A stretch of 64,000 nt of DNA from Phoronis australis (Eukaryota; Animalia; Phoronida): assembly GCA_002633005.1 (NCBI GenBank), contig NMRA01000145.1, positions 213,898 through 277,897 of the forward strand, given 5' to 3'. How positions within the stretch are numbered: position 1 is the stretch's first letter; the number at the start of each line of letters is the position of its first letter. The position numbers were made by a program, and so were the translations under genes. The notes under the pieces are model-generated. The model did not search any database. It was not told the origin of the DNA and was given only the letters and a program-made list of their open reading frames with translations. This document shows positions 48,615 through 59,775 of the stretch, in pieces.

Positions 48615-49652
48615 ATGAATGACACAGAACTTGATTCTCTTCCGGACCCGTTATTATCCGATAATAGTCCACATAACTTTTCGTGTTCCGTCAACGGCAG
48701 TGTCACAGAAAGTGGCGGAGATTCTACAAATGTGAATCGCCTTTTATTGGAAATATTCCAGCTGGTAATTCCTATCTGCTTCTCATTTTCCTTATTTGGA
48801 AATTCATTGGCACTATGCGTCTTTACTCGGAAAACATTCCGTGAGACATCCTGCGGAGTTTATTTCATCAATTTGGCGTTCTTCGACATCCTAACCTTGT
48901 TTTTTCATAGTTGTCGCTCTTTGTTGACCAGATTCTACCCAGAGGTTATGAGAAATATCTTCGTGTGCGTGATAAGCAGTACCTGTTTACAGAACTGTCT
49001 TAGGATTTCTAACTGGACGTTAGTTGCTCTCAGTGTAGATCGAATGATTGCAGTACTGTTTCCGTTTCGAGCCATCAACTTGTGCACACCCAAAAGGGCC
49101 GTGCGTGTCGTTATTGCGGTCATTTCAGTTATATCTGTAATAGGAATAAAAAACATTTGGCTATTTAGAGTTCACAATGGTTTCTGTGTCTATTATAACA
49201 TTCTTTACATAGATATAATTCACAAGCTCACCTGGTTCGAACTCGCTATAGAAGGATTAGTACCCAGCATTCTGATTCTGATGTTCAACGTCTCTCTTCT
49301 GATTGGTCTTGCTAAACAACGGAGAAAGATGTCGCAACAGAATGAAGAAAATAATCAAATCAATAGGGAACGAAATCACCAGTTGACAAGAATGGTATTG
49401 TTCGTTGCCATATTTTTCATCACAACACAAGCACCAAAGTTGATATTTCGAATTATGGCTGATCAAGTTTGTCCTAGAAGCAACCCAAAACCCGCTAAGG
49501 AAGCATGTGCAGTGGTCAAACAAATTTTTCAAAGCATCGTAGCATTCAACTACGCCTTCAACTTCCTATTTTATCATCTCAACGGCTCCAAATTCAGAAA
49601 GGAGTTGAAAAAAGTGCTTTGTTTGGAAAGCAGAAGACACGGAACAAACTGA
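48615..49652 (+). CDS. Intronless class A (rhodopsin-like) GPCR, 345 aa, FMRFamide-receptor-like/orphan type
   Basis: Seven hydrophobic segments; GNSL (TM1), YFINLAFFD (TM2), SNWTLVALSVDRMIAVLFPFRA (DRY variant), FFITTQAP (TM6), NYAFNFLFY...SKFRKEL (TM7/H8); N-terminal N-glycosylation sequons. Confidence 0.93.
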   Translation: MNDTELDSLPDPLLSDNSPHNFSCSVNGSVTESGGDSTNVNRLLLEIFQLVIPICFSFSLFGNSLALCVFTRKTFRETSCGVYFINLAFFDILTLFFHSCRSLLTRFYPEVMRNIFVCVISSTCLQNCLRISNWTLVALSVDRMIAVLFPFRAINLCTPKRAVRVVIAVISVISVIGIKNIWLFRVHNGFCVYYNILYIDIIHKLTWFELAIEGLVPSILILMFNVSLLIGLAKQRRKMSQQNEENNQINRERNHQLTRMVLFVAIFFITTQAPKLIFRIMADQVCPRSNPKPAKEACAVVKQIFQSIVAFNYAFNFLFYHLNGSKFRKELKKVLCLESRRHGTN

Positions 49653-50379
49653 AAAGAACAGTGGTGGGACCAATGAGCTATATATATATATATATTTATC
49701 TCATTTGGTGCGACTACTTCCCCATCTGGACGAACACCGGCATATACTCCGTCTGCGGTATCAGCCCAAAGTTTGATTACTAGCAGGTACACAAAGCTTG
49801 ATGGATGCTGAATGTTTGTGATCAATGACTGCACTTGTTCACCCACCATACGCCACTGTTGTGTTTCGTAGAACAAGTTAGTTTCTTACGAGAAAAGTGA
49901 GGTTAAGCAAGTCTACGATTTATAAAAGCACGGGATTCCATAAGCTTGCATGCGCAAGTGTGTTATTCTGGGTTAACCAACTAAGACATCTAATTGGTTC
50001 GTGAGCAGGAAGGAGTCATCAGAAACCAGTCAATGTTCAAGAACATTGACTAATCAAGTAATTGCCAGAACTAGAGTTTTTGTAAAAAATGAATCTATTT
50101 CAAACAATTTTAAACAAAACTTAGCTGGGGTTTAGCAGAAAAATCCTGTGTGTTATTCTGTCGACCGTCTAGTGAAGCTACGATCCCTGTCCGTCGGGTC
50201 ATCTTCCATTTTTGTTACACAAAACACTCGCTGTTAACGAAAATAGGAAGGACAAACATTGAAGCTTGGAGGTGTAAAAGCATGTCATAGATCTCACGAT
50301 CGGATAAATATACTCCGGAAAGAACAAATAAATTGACGTTCCGTAAATACTTCTTTTCTTAACTCGCCTTTAGGTGGAA

Positions 50380-51885
50380 CCCAGTTTATTGATATAGAGG
50401 TCCCCTTCTTGACAGCATTCGGACAGAACTATCTGTATTAACATAGAGGCTCCGTTCTTTGTTAACCTTTTGAGTACTTCCTGTATTAATGCAGGGGCCT
50501 CATAGTAATATAAGGAGCCTCACAGTCTAAACCTTCGTCATCAAACTGTCGGGGACTACTGATAGTTGGCTTCTACGTGAATTGTTTTGCCTCTTATTGC
50601 GCCTACAGCCCAGAATGAAAGGACCGATTTAGGCAAGTGCTTGTACAGGTTTTTGAGGGAATCGACATTTTTTCAACATGACAATTTGAGGAGCTTTGGC
50701 AATTTTTGCAACACTAACCGTGATTTGCATGAATCATTAGGCTCTCATTATCGTAAATTGTACGTGACAAAATTTGCTTGATTCATTTGTTTATCACAGG
50801 CTCGATTTATTTTTGATACCTGTACGGTCATTCAAGATTACATGACCGATATTTTTTCCCACAAATGTACATAACAGTCTAAGTAGTGTAAGTAGAACTC
50901 TATGTGCCTTATTTTGTAATAAATCACCAGTGTTCGTCCAAATGACAAGTTTGAGGTGGTATGGCCCCATTAGCCCTTAGAAACTGCGAGAACTGGTTGT
51001 CTGGAAATGATGTCCGTGGGCGTGAGCCAAACACTTTCCTGGTAAGGTGTCGTGTTGGCTGGTCTACCAGACTATGTTTTCCGTTTAGGTTTTCTTTCAA
51101 TGCTAAACAAAAACGGGCACTTTACAAACAGGTTGGCTACAATAGAATATAATCTACAACGATACACAAAGCAAGACAGTATTAGAAATTGTAAAAGTCC
51201 TGCAAACCTTGCTCTAAAAGTGTATACATGTTCACACTCAATGGCATAGCTAGACGCTTTCAACAGGGGTGTAAACGTGAAATTGCTGGCAATGGGAGGC
51301 GCGGGAGGGTGAGGGGCGACATTAATGTTTTGAGCCGCCTTTGGGCGGGAACCCAATTCAATAATACAGAGGGTCCCGTTCTTTAACCGCTTTTGGACAT
51401 GGCGCTTCCTGTATTATTATAAAGGCCTCACAGTAAAACAAGAGGGACCCACAATCTAAGTGATCGTCATCAAACTGTCGGGGACTGCTTATAACCGCTG
51501 AAATATTACATCAATGGCTTCTACCTGAATTGTTTTGCCTCTTATTGCGATTGTAGCCCAGAATTAAAGGACCGATTTAGGGCAAGCGTGTGTAGGTTTT
51601 TGAAGAAATCGAAATTTTTGTCAACAGGACCATTTGAGGAGCTTTTGACAATTTGGCCACACTAACCATGATTTGCATGAATCCTTAGGTTCTCATTAAT
51701 ATAAAGTGCACGTGACAAAATTTGTTTGATTCATGTGTTTATAGATTTATTTTTGAAACTCGTAAGGTCTTTCAAGGTGACATGACTGATATTTTCTCCC
51801 ACAAATGTACATAACCGTCTAAGTAATGTAGGTAAGCCTCTATGTGCCTTATTTTGTAAGAAATCATCAAAGTTCGTCCAAATAC
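50380..51885. repeat. Complex diverged repeat block: ~50510-50945 matches ~51450-51885; 50958-51330 matches ~56832-57210
   Basis: Shared strings tcgtcatcaaactgtcgggg, aactaaccrtgatttgcatgaatc and tatggcccc..tagccct...ggaaatgatgtccgtgg; diverged copies with no n at the junction. Confidence 0.65.
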
Positions 51886-52463
51886 ACTAGAACTGGCACA
51901 GAATGTGTGAAACCCGTCCGATAATGGAAAAGACTGGTTCATCGTCATCCTAACAGAAACCTATTTTCCAAAGTTCATGAAAATCCGTCCAGGAACTCCC
52001 ATCGAATATACAGTGGCAAACACAAAAATGGAATTGCGATAACGACTGGTATTGCGGTATAGACAGATACACATGAAGGAAGTTACCATAATTTGTTGCC
52101 AAGTTCATTAATACACTTGTCACATTTCACAAAGATACTGCAAGGGGTTAGGAGAAACAACTGAGGATGCAAAAACGAATGCTACTATAAGGCATCAGAG
52201 AAGTCGAATTATGTTGCCTTGGTGCGGTGCTTGCCATGGGACCACGATCTCAGGTGACCAAAGAGAGCGGGACTCCTTATATTGATATGTGAGGCCCTGT
52301 TTAGAAACTCCAATATGAATATAAAGGTTTGCTCAAAAGGGGCCGAAGTGTGGACCCTTTTAGAATTATGAGGGCCGTGCCCAAAGGTAACCGAAGAAGG
52401 TGCCAAAAAGCACTCTATATTAATACCGGAGCCCCGATCTTATGTCGCTTCTGCACAAGGTCA

Positions 52464-54243
52464 TTATTATGCGCCCACATATTTATATGTGGTCATCCCC
52501 GTCGGTCCGGCGTCTGGCGTCCGCTGCTCTATCTCCAAAACACTTTGACGTATGTACATCAATTTTGAACTTGTGTTCTCTGTGGATGGGACGGCATGAG
52601 CGAACTTTTGGACTGATCCGACTATCGGTGTGCCCTCTAGTGGCAATTTTGATTTTTTATGTTTGCCTCTTTATCTTCAAAAGTCCTCAACGGATTTTCA
52701 TAAAATTTGGTACATAGGCACTTAGTAGAATGAGACTATCCTCTTGTGTTCGGATGGATTCGACGTAGTTTGCGCTACCTAGTGGCCATTGTTACTGTTT
52801 TCGAGTCTGTTTTTTTGCATCCACCATCTATCAACCAAACCGCTCAAAGGATGATTGTGAAAATTGGCATGTATGTTCTTACTATGAAGTGGACGCCGAT
52901 GACGATGATTTTCCGACGACTTTGTCTAATGTGGCGCCTCCTAGTGGCAGTTTTTTTGCGCCTTGTGGCTGTATCTCCTAAACCGTTAGCAGGATCTTTA
53001 CTGAATTTAGTAAGTATATTTATATGATGTTAACAACGGAAGATGACGACTTTTGGACGGATCCGACTACCGGTGTGCCCCGTAGTGGCAATTTTAATTT
53101 TTTTACGCTTACCTTTGTATCTTCAAAAGTCCTCAACGTATTTTCTTAAAATTTGGCATACAGGCATCTGTTACTGAGGTGGCGCTATCTCTCCGTTTTC
53201 AGATGGATTTGACGTAGTTTGCGCCTCTTAGTGGCCATTTTTACTGTTTTCGTGTCTGTTTTTTGGCGTACATTCGTCTATCAACGAAACCGCTTTCAGG
53301 ATAATAGTGAAAATTGGCGTGTATGTTTTTACTGTGAAGTGAACGGCTGACGACGATTTTCCGACGATTTCAACTACTCTAGCGCCTCCTAATGGCAGTT
53401 TTTTTGCGCTCATGGCTGTATCTCCTAAACCGTTTGCAGGATCTTTACTTAATTTAGCAAGTGTATTTACATGCGCGCACCCAGCCTGGGGGGGCTCGAA
53501 TTCCTAACGTCGTGGACCTTTTGATAACACAATAGCCGGCGGACTAAAAAAAACAAAAAAAAGAAAACGGGCGCACCACTGTGAATTGCGCGTTTGTGCT
53601 TGTTTAGTGGACTTTTGTCTCATTTTCTCAGACTTTTTGTTTCTCACACGCGGACCTTTTTGCCCATTTCGCGCATGATTTATATGATGTTAACAAGGAA
53701 CGACGACGACTTTCGGACGGATCTGACTACTGGTGTGCCCCCTAGTGGCAATTTTAGTTTTTTACGTTTACCTCTTTATCTTCAAAGGTCCTCAACAGAT
53801 TTTCATAAAATTTTAAATATAGGCATCTATTGGTGAGATGACGTACGCTATCCTCCTCTTTTTGGATGGAATTGATGTATTTTGCACCACCTAGAGGCCA
53901 ATTTTTGTTGTTTTCAAATCTTGTTTTTGGCGTCCACCCCTCTATTAACCAAATCATTCTAGGGATGGTTTTGAAAATTGGCGTATATGTTCTCAGTGTG
54001 AAGAGGACGTTTGATGATGGCGACTGTGCCCACAAGTGGCAATTTCATTTTATTCTGTTTTCCTTTGTTTCACTGAAATTCCTTGATATATTTTTATGAA
54101 ATATGGCATGTTCCCGTTTTTTAATGGATTGTACGTTTTTGCGCCATCTAGTAGCCATTTTTATGATAAAAATGAATAACCCTAAAAGCACACCATTTGT
54201 GATGCATTCGTGGGCGCATTTCAACGCTTCGCATTGCTCTTGT
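52464..54243 (+). mobile_element. Helentron-associated non-autonomous element (HINE/DINE-1-like) with internal tandem repeats
   Basis: Sub-terminal inverted repeats atgcgcccac (52469-52478) / gtgggcgcat (54210-54219); GTCC-like microsatellite near the 5' end; about three ~445-bp units built from ~150-bp subunits; short 3' stem-loop then tcttgt; T-rich flanks. Confidence 0.7.
53470..53677. mobile_element. 208-bp MITE nested in the HINE, 5-bp TSD ATTTA; related element at 56502-56750
   Basis: attta|catgcgcg ... cgcgcatg|attta; the uninterrupted site atatttatatgatg is present in the neighbouring repeat unit (~53016-53029). Confidence 0.8.
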
Positions 54244-55700
54244 ATTAATTTACGGGGCCTCACTCATCGGTTGCCTTTTGGGCAGGCCCTGTATATCAAT
54301 ATAAGCAACTCCGCCCAAAAGGGACAAAAGACCCCTTATATAAATATTAATATAGAGCTTACAGGAGCACCTGATCGATGTTACCGAAATTAAAGTGCAT
54401 TGCAAAACAAGTTCACTGGCGGTTCGAATGAAGCTCAGTTGATGTGAATGTGTAAGTAATCTTTGAACATATATGAAAATAAACAACAATAATGGATAAA
54501 CTGAAATTTTCAGATATAATCACATCCTTTCTCAACGGAAACAAAAATAAAGTAAAGTCAAGCACGATGTGACAAATGACTTATGATATGTTCTCACATG
54601 ACCTGGAATGTGTTAAAGTGTACACAACATGACTCTAGTACCTCAAAATAAATTTCATTATTATATCTTACTTGATTTCAGTGCCTTTNCATTTTTATGA
54701 TAAAAATGAATAACCCTAAAAGCACACCATTTGTGATGCATTCGTGGGCGCATTTCAACGCTTCGCGTTGCTCTTGTATTAATTTACGGGGCCTCACTCA
54801 TCGGTCGCCTTTTGGGCTGGCCCAGTATATCAATATAAGCAACCCCGCCCAAAAGGGACAAAAGATCAGGACCCCTTATATAAATATTAATATAGAGCTT
54901 ACAGGAGCACCTGATCGATGTTACCGAAATTAAACTGCATTGCAAAACAAGTTCACTGGCGGTTCGAATGAAGCTCAGTTGATGTGAATGTGTAAGTAAT
55001 CTTTGAACATATATGAAAATAAACAACAATAATGGATAAACTGAAATTTTCAGATATAATCACATCCTTTCTCAACGGAAACAGAAATAAAGTAAAGTCA
55101 AGCACGATGTGACAAATGACTTATGATATGTTCTCACATGACCTGGAATGTGTTAAGACACGACTGGTTAATAACACCGAGAGCGTAATTTTTGATATCA
55201 CATGGGCAAATCACAAAGTAGTACAAAGTAGAAATCCATACGCTTTACATTCTATCGTCTGAAAAAAACTAAAACAACCAAACGCGCGCCAACTAAACAA
55301 TGCCAGAATTCCGAGAAGGTGACAAGGTTATGATTGACAAATCGGGTGTCGCAACTGTACGTACTCCCAGTAGGAAGGACANAAGTTTTACGTCATACAT
55401 TTAGTCTGTGGCCACCGGTAATTCAAAATGTGCAAAAATCCATGGTGTGTACTGTTTAAGACACGACTGGTTAATAACACCGAGTGCGTAATTTTTGATA
55501 TCACATGGGCAAATCACAAAGTAGTACAAAGTAGAAATCCATACGCTTTACATTCTATCATCTGAAAAACACTAAAACAACCAAACGCGCGCCAACCAAA
55601 CAATGCCGGAATTCCGAGAAGGTGACAAGGTTATGATTGACAAATCGGGTGTCGCAACTGTACGTACTCCCAGTAGGAAGGACATGCAAACAACTTCTTA
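54156..55700. repeat. Near-identical duplicated blocks at contig joins (54156-54615 / 54690-55156; 55153-55381 / 55456-55684)
   Basis: Copies lie on either side of the single n's at 54689 and 55382; probable haplotype artefacts. Confidence 0.7.
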
Positions 55701-58681
55701 AACGCGCACCCATATTCGGTGGCGAATTCCATAACCACGTTCATTCAAACGGAGATGAGCCCCAACTCAAGAAACGTGGCGAGACCAATGAGATAAATAT
55801 ACCTCATTGAGCGATACTATCTAGCTGAGCTGTCTCAATTCAGTGCTCACGCGCCGGAAGCCTTGCTGACAGTTTATAAATCATCTAAGTTTTAATATTA
55901 CAAATTCAAAGACTATTAGATTCTAAGTTGAATATTTGGTACAAAAGCTGAATGCAATTTACAATTGTTAAGCTTAAAATAAAACTACTAATAAAAAGTA
56001 ACTGAATTACTTTACATTGCGCAAGCGTGTTTTAACAAAAGTTACGTCGTGTGGTTGGTAGTTTTAGACACGTCGAGTTTTTCAGCAATAAGGTCGTTTT
56101 TAAGGTTCATGTGAGAAAACAAATCCTACACTCGTCTCAGATTTATGACATGCGCAAAACCTATTGGAAATTTCGTCAAAATCCCTCCGCAAGCCTCTTG
56201 ATTTTGACGAAATTTCCATAAACCTGAGACCCGTGTACGATTCTCTATTGGCGTAATGAAAGTGTTAGATTGTTGTGGAAAAGTAAAGGAATATATACTT
56301 TAAGATTTTACAGCGGCGGATCCAGGATTTTGAGTTGGGGGGGGGGCAGGTCACAGGAATAACCAGAATTTCGCCTTATGCGCACATCCAGCCTAAAATG
56401 TAGGGATGCAGGGGGTATTGAACTTTTAAGTTTGTGGACCTTAGGACATGACTAAAAAAACAGTGTTTTCCCGGGGGTAGATGGAATAGTCCCGCACTTA
56501 ACATGCGTGCACCCAGGGGGCTCGAATGAGCCACCCACTCATTTAGCGAAGTGGCAAAAAGGTCCACCTCAGAGAAACAAAAACTCCGAAAAAGTAGAAA
56601 ACGAGACAAAAGTCCACTAAAAAGGTAGGAACTACCAAAATTCGGCGAATGCACAATTCATACCTCTGAACGTACCCCCGCGAATCTTGGTAAAAGGTCC
56701 ACATTCTCAAAAGGTCGAGTCTCCCATTTTGTAGCCTGGGAGCGCGCATGCTTTATCAGGTTCTTTGTTTATAAAACCTTTAATAGGATCAAAATAACAT
56801 GTCGACCATTCAGTGACAGTATCTTGCCCTTAGTATGGCCCCCTTAGCCCTCAGCATCTGCATGAACTGGTTGTCAGGAAATGATGTCCGTGGACATGAG
56901 CCAAATACTTTCCTGGTGAGCTGTCATGTTGGCTGGACTACAAGAGTATGATTGTTTAATTTCGCATATGTTTTCTTCCAGTGCTAAACAAAAATGAGAC
57001 TATACTTCGAAAAAAATAGGATGACTACAGTAGAATATATCCTGCAAAGACACACAAAGCAAGACAGCATTGGAATTTGAAAATGTCCTGCAAACCCGGG
57101 TCTAAAGGTGTATACATGTTCACGCTCAATGGCATAGCCAGAAGATTTCAACAGGGGGCAAACGTGAAATTGCTGGCGCTCGGAGGGAGGATTAGGGGCG
57201 ACGTTTTTGTTTAGAGCGACAAAAATTGTCAATTCAGAAGTTGCGTCAATTTAGATCGTTGGACAATTTGGACTTGCACAATGCTGTACGACTCGCGACG
57301 TTAATTTGAGTGACGTGTTAACGCGAGCTGTATTTCTTTCGTCACTAGCACAGGTCACACACACTAGAGGTCGTTAAGCAATTGGGAAATTCCCTACTCT
57401 TCTCACCTTGGTGGGAGTGAACACTTATAGAGCAGCAAAAATATCAGAGATCGTTTTGCTCGGAATCGGATATCATTATGTAACCTCTTGTGGTTTCGTA
57501 TTTTGAAAACGCACACCGAGCCCGTTGACAGGGACTGTCGACTTGACGAAGGTGAGTAGGGTCTCGTGTGTCGCATTTGACACATATTAGTCGATCACAT
57601 GATGTAAACTTTCAGTATTGTCAAACTGCCAGGTTTTATTTCAGCAGTAACCCTATACAAGCTATAGGTTGTCGCCACTGTACTCACGGAAGTATATTCG
57701 TGTTCATCGCTCTTCAGCGATTGTTCATATCCGTCAGAAACAATGCTTCAATTTGACAGCGAAATGTTTCTTGACAGGCAAAAAAAATGCGATTTCCCAC
57801 TCAAACTGTGAAGTCCAAATATATCCATGGACAAGGGACCCGAGAATGAAAACACCAACTAAAAGTTAGTTGCCGAGGACAGTCTTAATGAAAACAATTC
57901 ATCAATTTTCAATGTCAAATACGCTCACGTTTTGATTGAAGTTAGTCAATTGATTTGAACCTTGCTTCATTAGAAAGGAATTAATGCAAACGAGTATCGG
58001 TGTGTAAAAAGCACAAGTATTGATCGTGATCATCAGCCGCTGTATACAGATTGTAATGAGGTTACTGTAGCTATGTACGTAAGAATAAATATGCCGGTAT
58101 GACGTATACTGTTAGGCACTGTTTTTGTCCAATGCATATCCATGCAGTTCGCAATGTTAATTTGATTTCTGGGCAGTAATGCTATCTAATGTCTATACTT
58201 ATATTTATGAAATAAAACAAAAAACGAATCCTATGATTATGGTAGATTCTTTCGTCGAGCAAACTTACACTGCACATACCGGCAAACTGTGACCTTAACC
58301 TGCTTTTTTTAAACTAACTGCACCGCATTAGCGTCGTCGTGGTGCTAAAGGAGAAGGCAACCTTTTTCCATGTCATTTTGAGCCAAAATAAGGTGGGTTG
58401 GTTATCCTAGACATATTTTCCACTTAATTACAGCTTTTCGTAATTTTATTAATTACTCGTCCGCTATTCCGGAAGTGACGTTTTAGGAGGCAAGCGTTTA
58501 CCGCCACTTGGTTTTGCGTTGACTTTACCGTGCGAATCTGTTCTATTCTACTTTTGTTTTGTGCTGTTTTTCAACAATTGTCGCACCACTTTCCATCGGC
58601 GAGTATTCTGCGGCAAGATAGGTTAGTAGAGAACTCAACTACGTTGGATTTAGGGATTGTTCAGAGTGTTGTAAGCTGAAA

Positions 58682-59077
58682 ATGGCTGGAGTCGGTGACC
58701 CGTATCACAGTGATAGTAGTGTGAGTGACGGAGACCTTATTCACAGCAGTGGTGACGAGGAATTTTTTCACGGACATTCAGTGGGTGGGTACATGTTTGA
58801 GCCCGAGTATAACGAGGCAGAGTACGCACAGGCACAGGCAGCTGTTGAGAGAAACGAGGCGGCTACTGAGGACAGACGTGGTGACACATCTTGGTGCAAA
58901 TGCACTGTGTGCGTTGTTATGCCTACCTCAATGGAATGCTTGTGCTGTTCAGAGTTCGACGAGGCCAAGCCACTACTGGACATGGTTAAGTGGACCTCCG
59001 GCATACCACGGACAGAGGAACAACTGTCCCACTTGCCAGAGTGTCCCGTGACACACTCCCACTGGATGGTGACCTGA
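58682..59077 (+). CDS. Truncated Cys-cluster protein resembling the P2X7 cytoplasmic ballast/nanor-like Zn module (accessory gene of the Kolobok element)
   Basis: Acidic N-terminus, YMFEPEY, then WCKCTVCVVMPTSMECLCCSE. After ~58984 the frame reads the antisense strand of the THAP gene. Confidence 0.7.
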   Translation: MAGVGDPYHSDSSVSDGDLIHSSGDEEFFHGHSVGGYMFEPEYNEAEYAQAQAAVERNEAATEDRRGDTSWCKCTVCVVMPTSMECLCCSEFDEAKPLLDMVKWTSGIPRTEEQLSHLPECPVTHSHWMVT

Positions 59078-59775
59078 GCACCCAAACTGCTTACATCGTG
59101 TCGTGTGACTCCCTCGCCACACACCTGGCACCTTCTAAATAGCTCCAACACTTTAGACAAGTCCACAATAAACTTATCAAAGTTTGGCTCACCGATCTGT
59201 TCACTGGACGACGAACTGTCCTCTTCACTGGGTGTCGAACTGGGCCTGTAATCACTCCCACTACTCAATATCGCTGCAGGGCTGCTTAGAGGCTCTGGGC
59301 TGGAGAAAACAGCACAGGGCGAATCACTACTGGTTCCAGGAATTGCACGCTCTGGGGTACGTTCGGAGGCACGGGTGACAGTAGATGAAGTGCCTCCACT
59401 GGCTCCAGTCACTGTACTGGCCACAGCTCGCGAGGCTTCTCGCTTCAAAAACGCACTTCTCGGGGGTGGCGACGGGGCACTGCCGGGAATCAACACAGAC
59501 GGAATGGCATCCTTCTTCAAGCGTTGTTTCGCGGGGACCTTCATCAGTTCAGCGTACAAATCCCTTTCGTAATCGGACGGCAGAAAGTGCTTGCCACACA
59601 CACGGTAATTCTCCACTGCTTTGTACGTTGCGTGGACGGGTAACGCTGCGTTCTTCACACGAACGAGCCAAGTACGGCGAAGTGTGTCATCCATCGGAAA
59701 GCGATGCAAAGGTACTCCCAAAGCGCGCGTGAGCCGATAATTAGTACATTCCGGTACGCAGCAACAGTGTGGCAT
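58768..59775 (-). CDS. THAP zinc-finger N-terminal half of the Kolobok transposase; catalytic DDE domain deleted
   Basis: MPHCCCVPECTN...LHRFP...W...VCGKHF...RLKKDAIPS (C2CH THAP with AVPT-like box), Ser/Pro-rich linker, then FIVDLSKVLELFRRCQVCG...WECVTGH...W.S. Native sequence ends at ~58981; the tail is antisense of the partner gene. Confidence 0.85.
   Translation of the reverse strand: MPHCCCVPECTNYRLTRALGVPLHRFPMDDTLRRTWLVRVKNAALPVHATYKAVENYRVCGKHFLPSDYERDLYAELMKVPAKQRLKKDAIPSVLIPGSAPSPPPRSAFLKREASRAVASTVTGASGGTSSTVTRASERTPERAIPGTSSDSPCAVFSSPEPLSSPAAILSSGSDYRPSSTPSEEDSSSSSEQIGEPNFDKFIVDLSKVLELFRRCQVCGEGVTRHDVSSLGAQVTIQWECVTGHSGKWDSCSSVRGMPEVHLTMSSSGLASSNSEQHKHSIEVGITTHTVHLHQDVSPRLSSVAASFLSTAACACAYSASLYSGSNMYPPTECP

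Noticed and set aside
54103-55029. Paired 78-96 aa ORFs (MIKMNNPKSTPF.., MLFIFIYVQRLL..)
   Set aside because: They span a HINE end and AT-rich repeat DNA duplicated at the n at 54689; no coding signal.
58768-59775. Domesticated host THAP transcription-factor gene
   Set aside because: It is enclosed by near-intact TIRs with a TTAA-type target and a convergent partner gene, so it is still transposon sequence.
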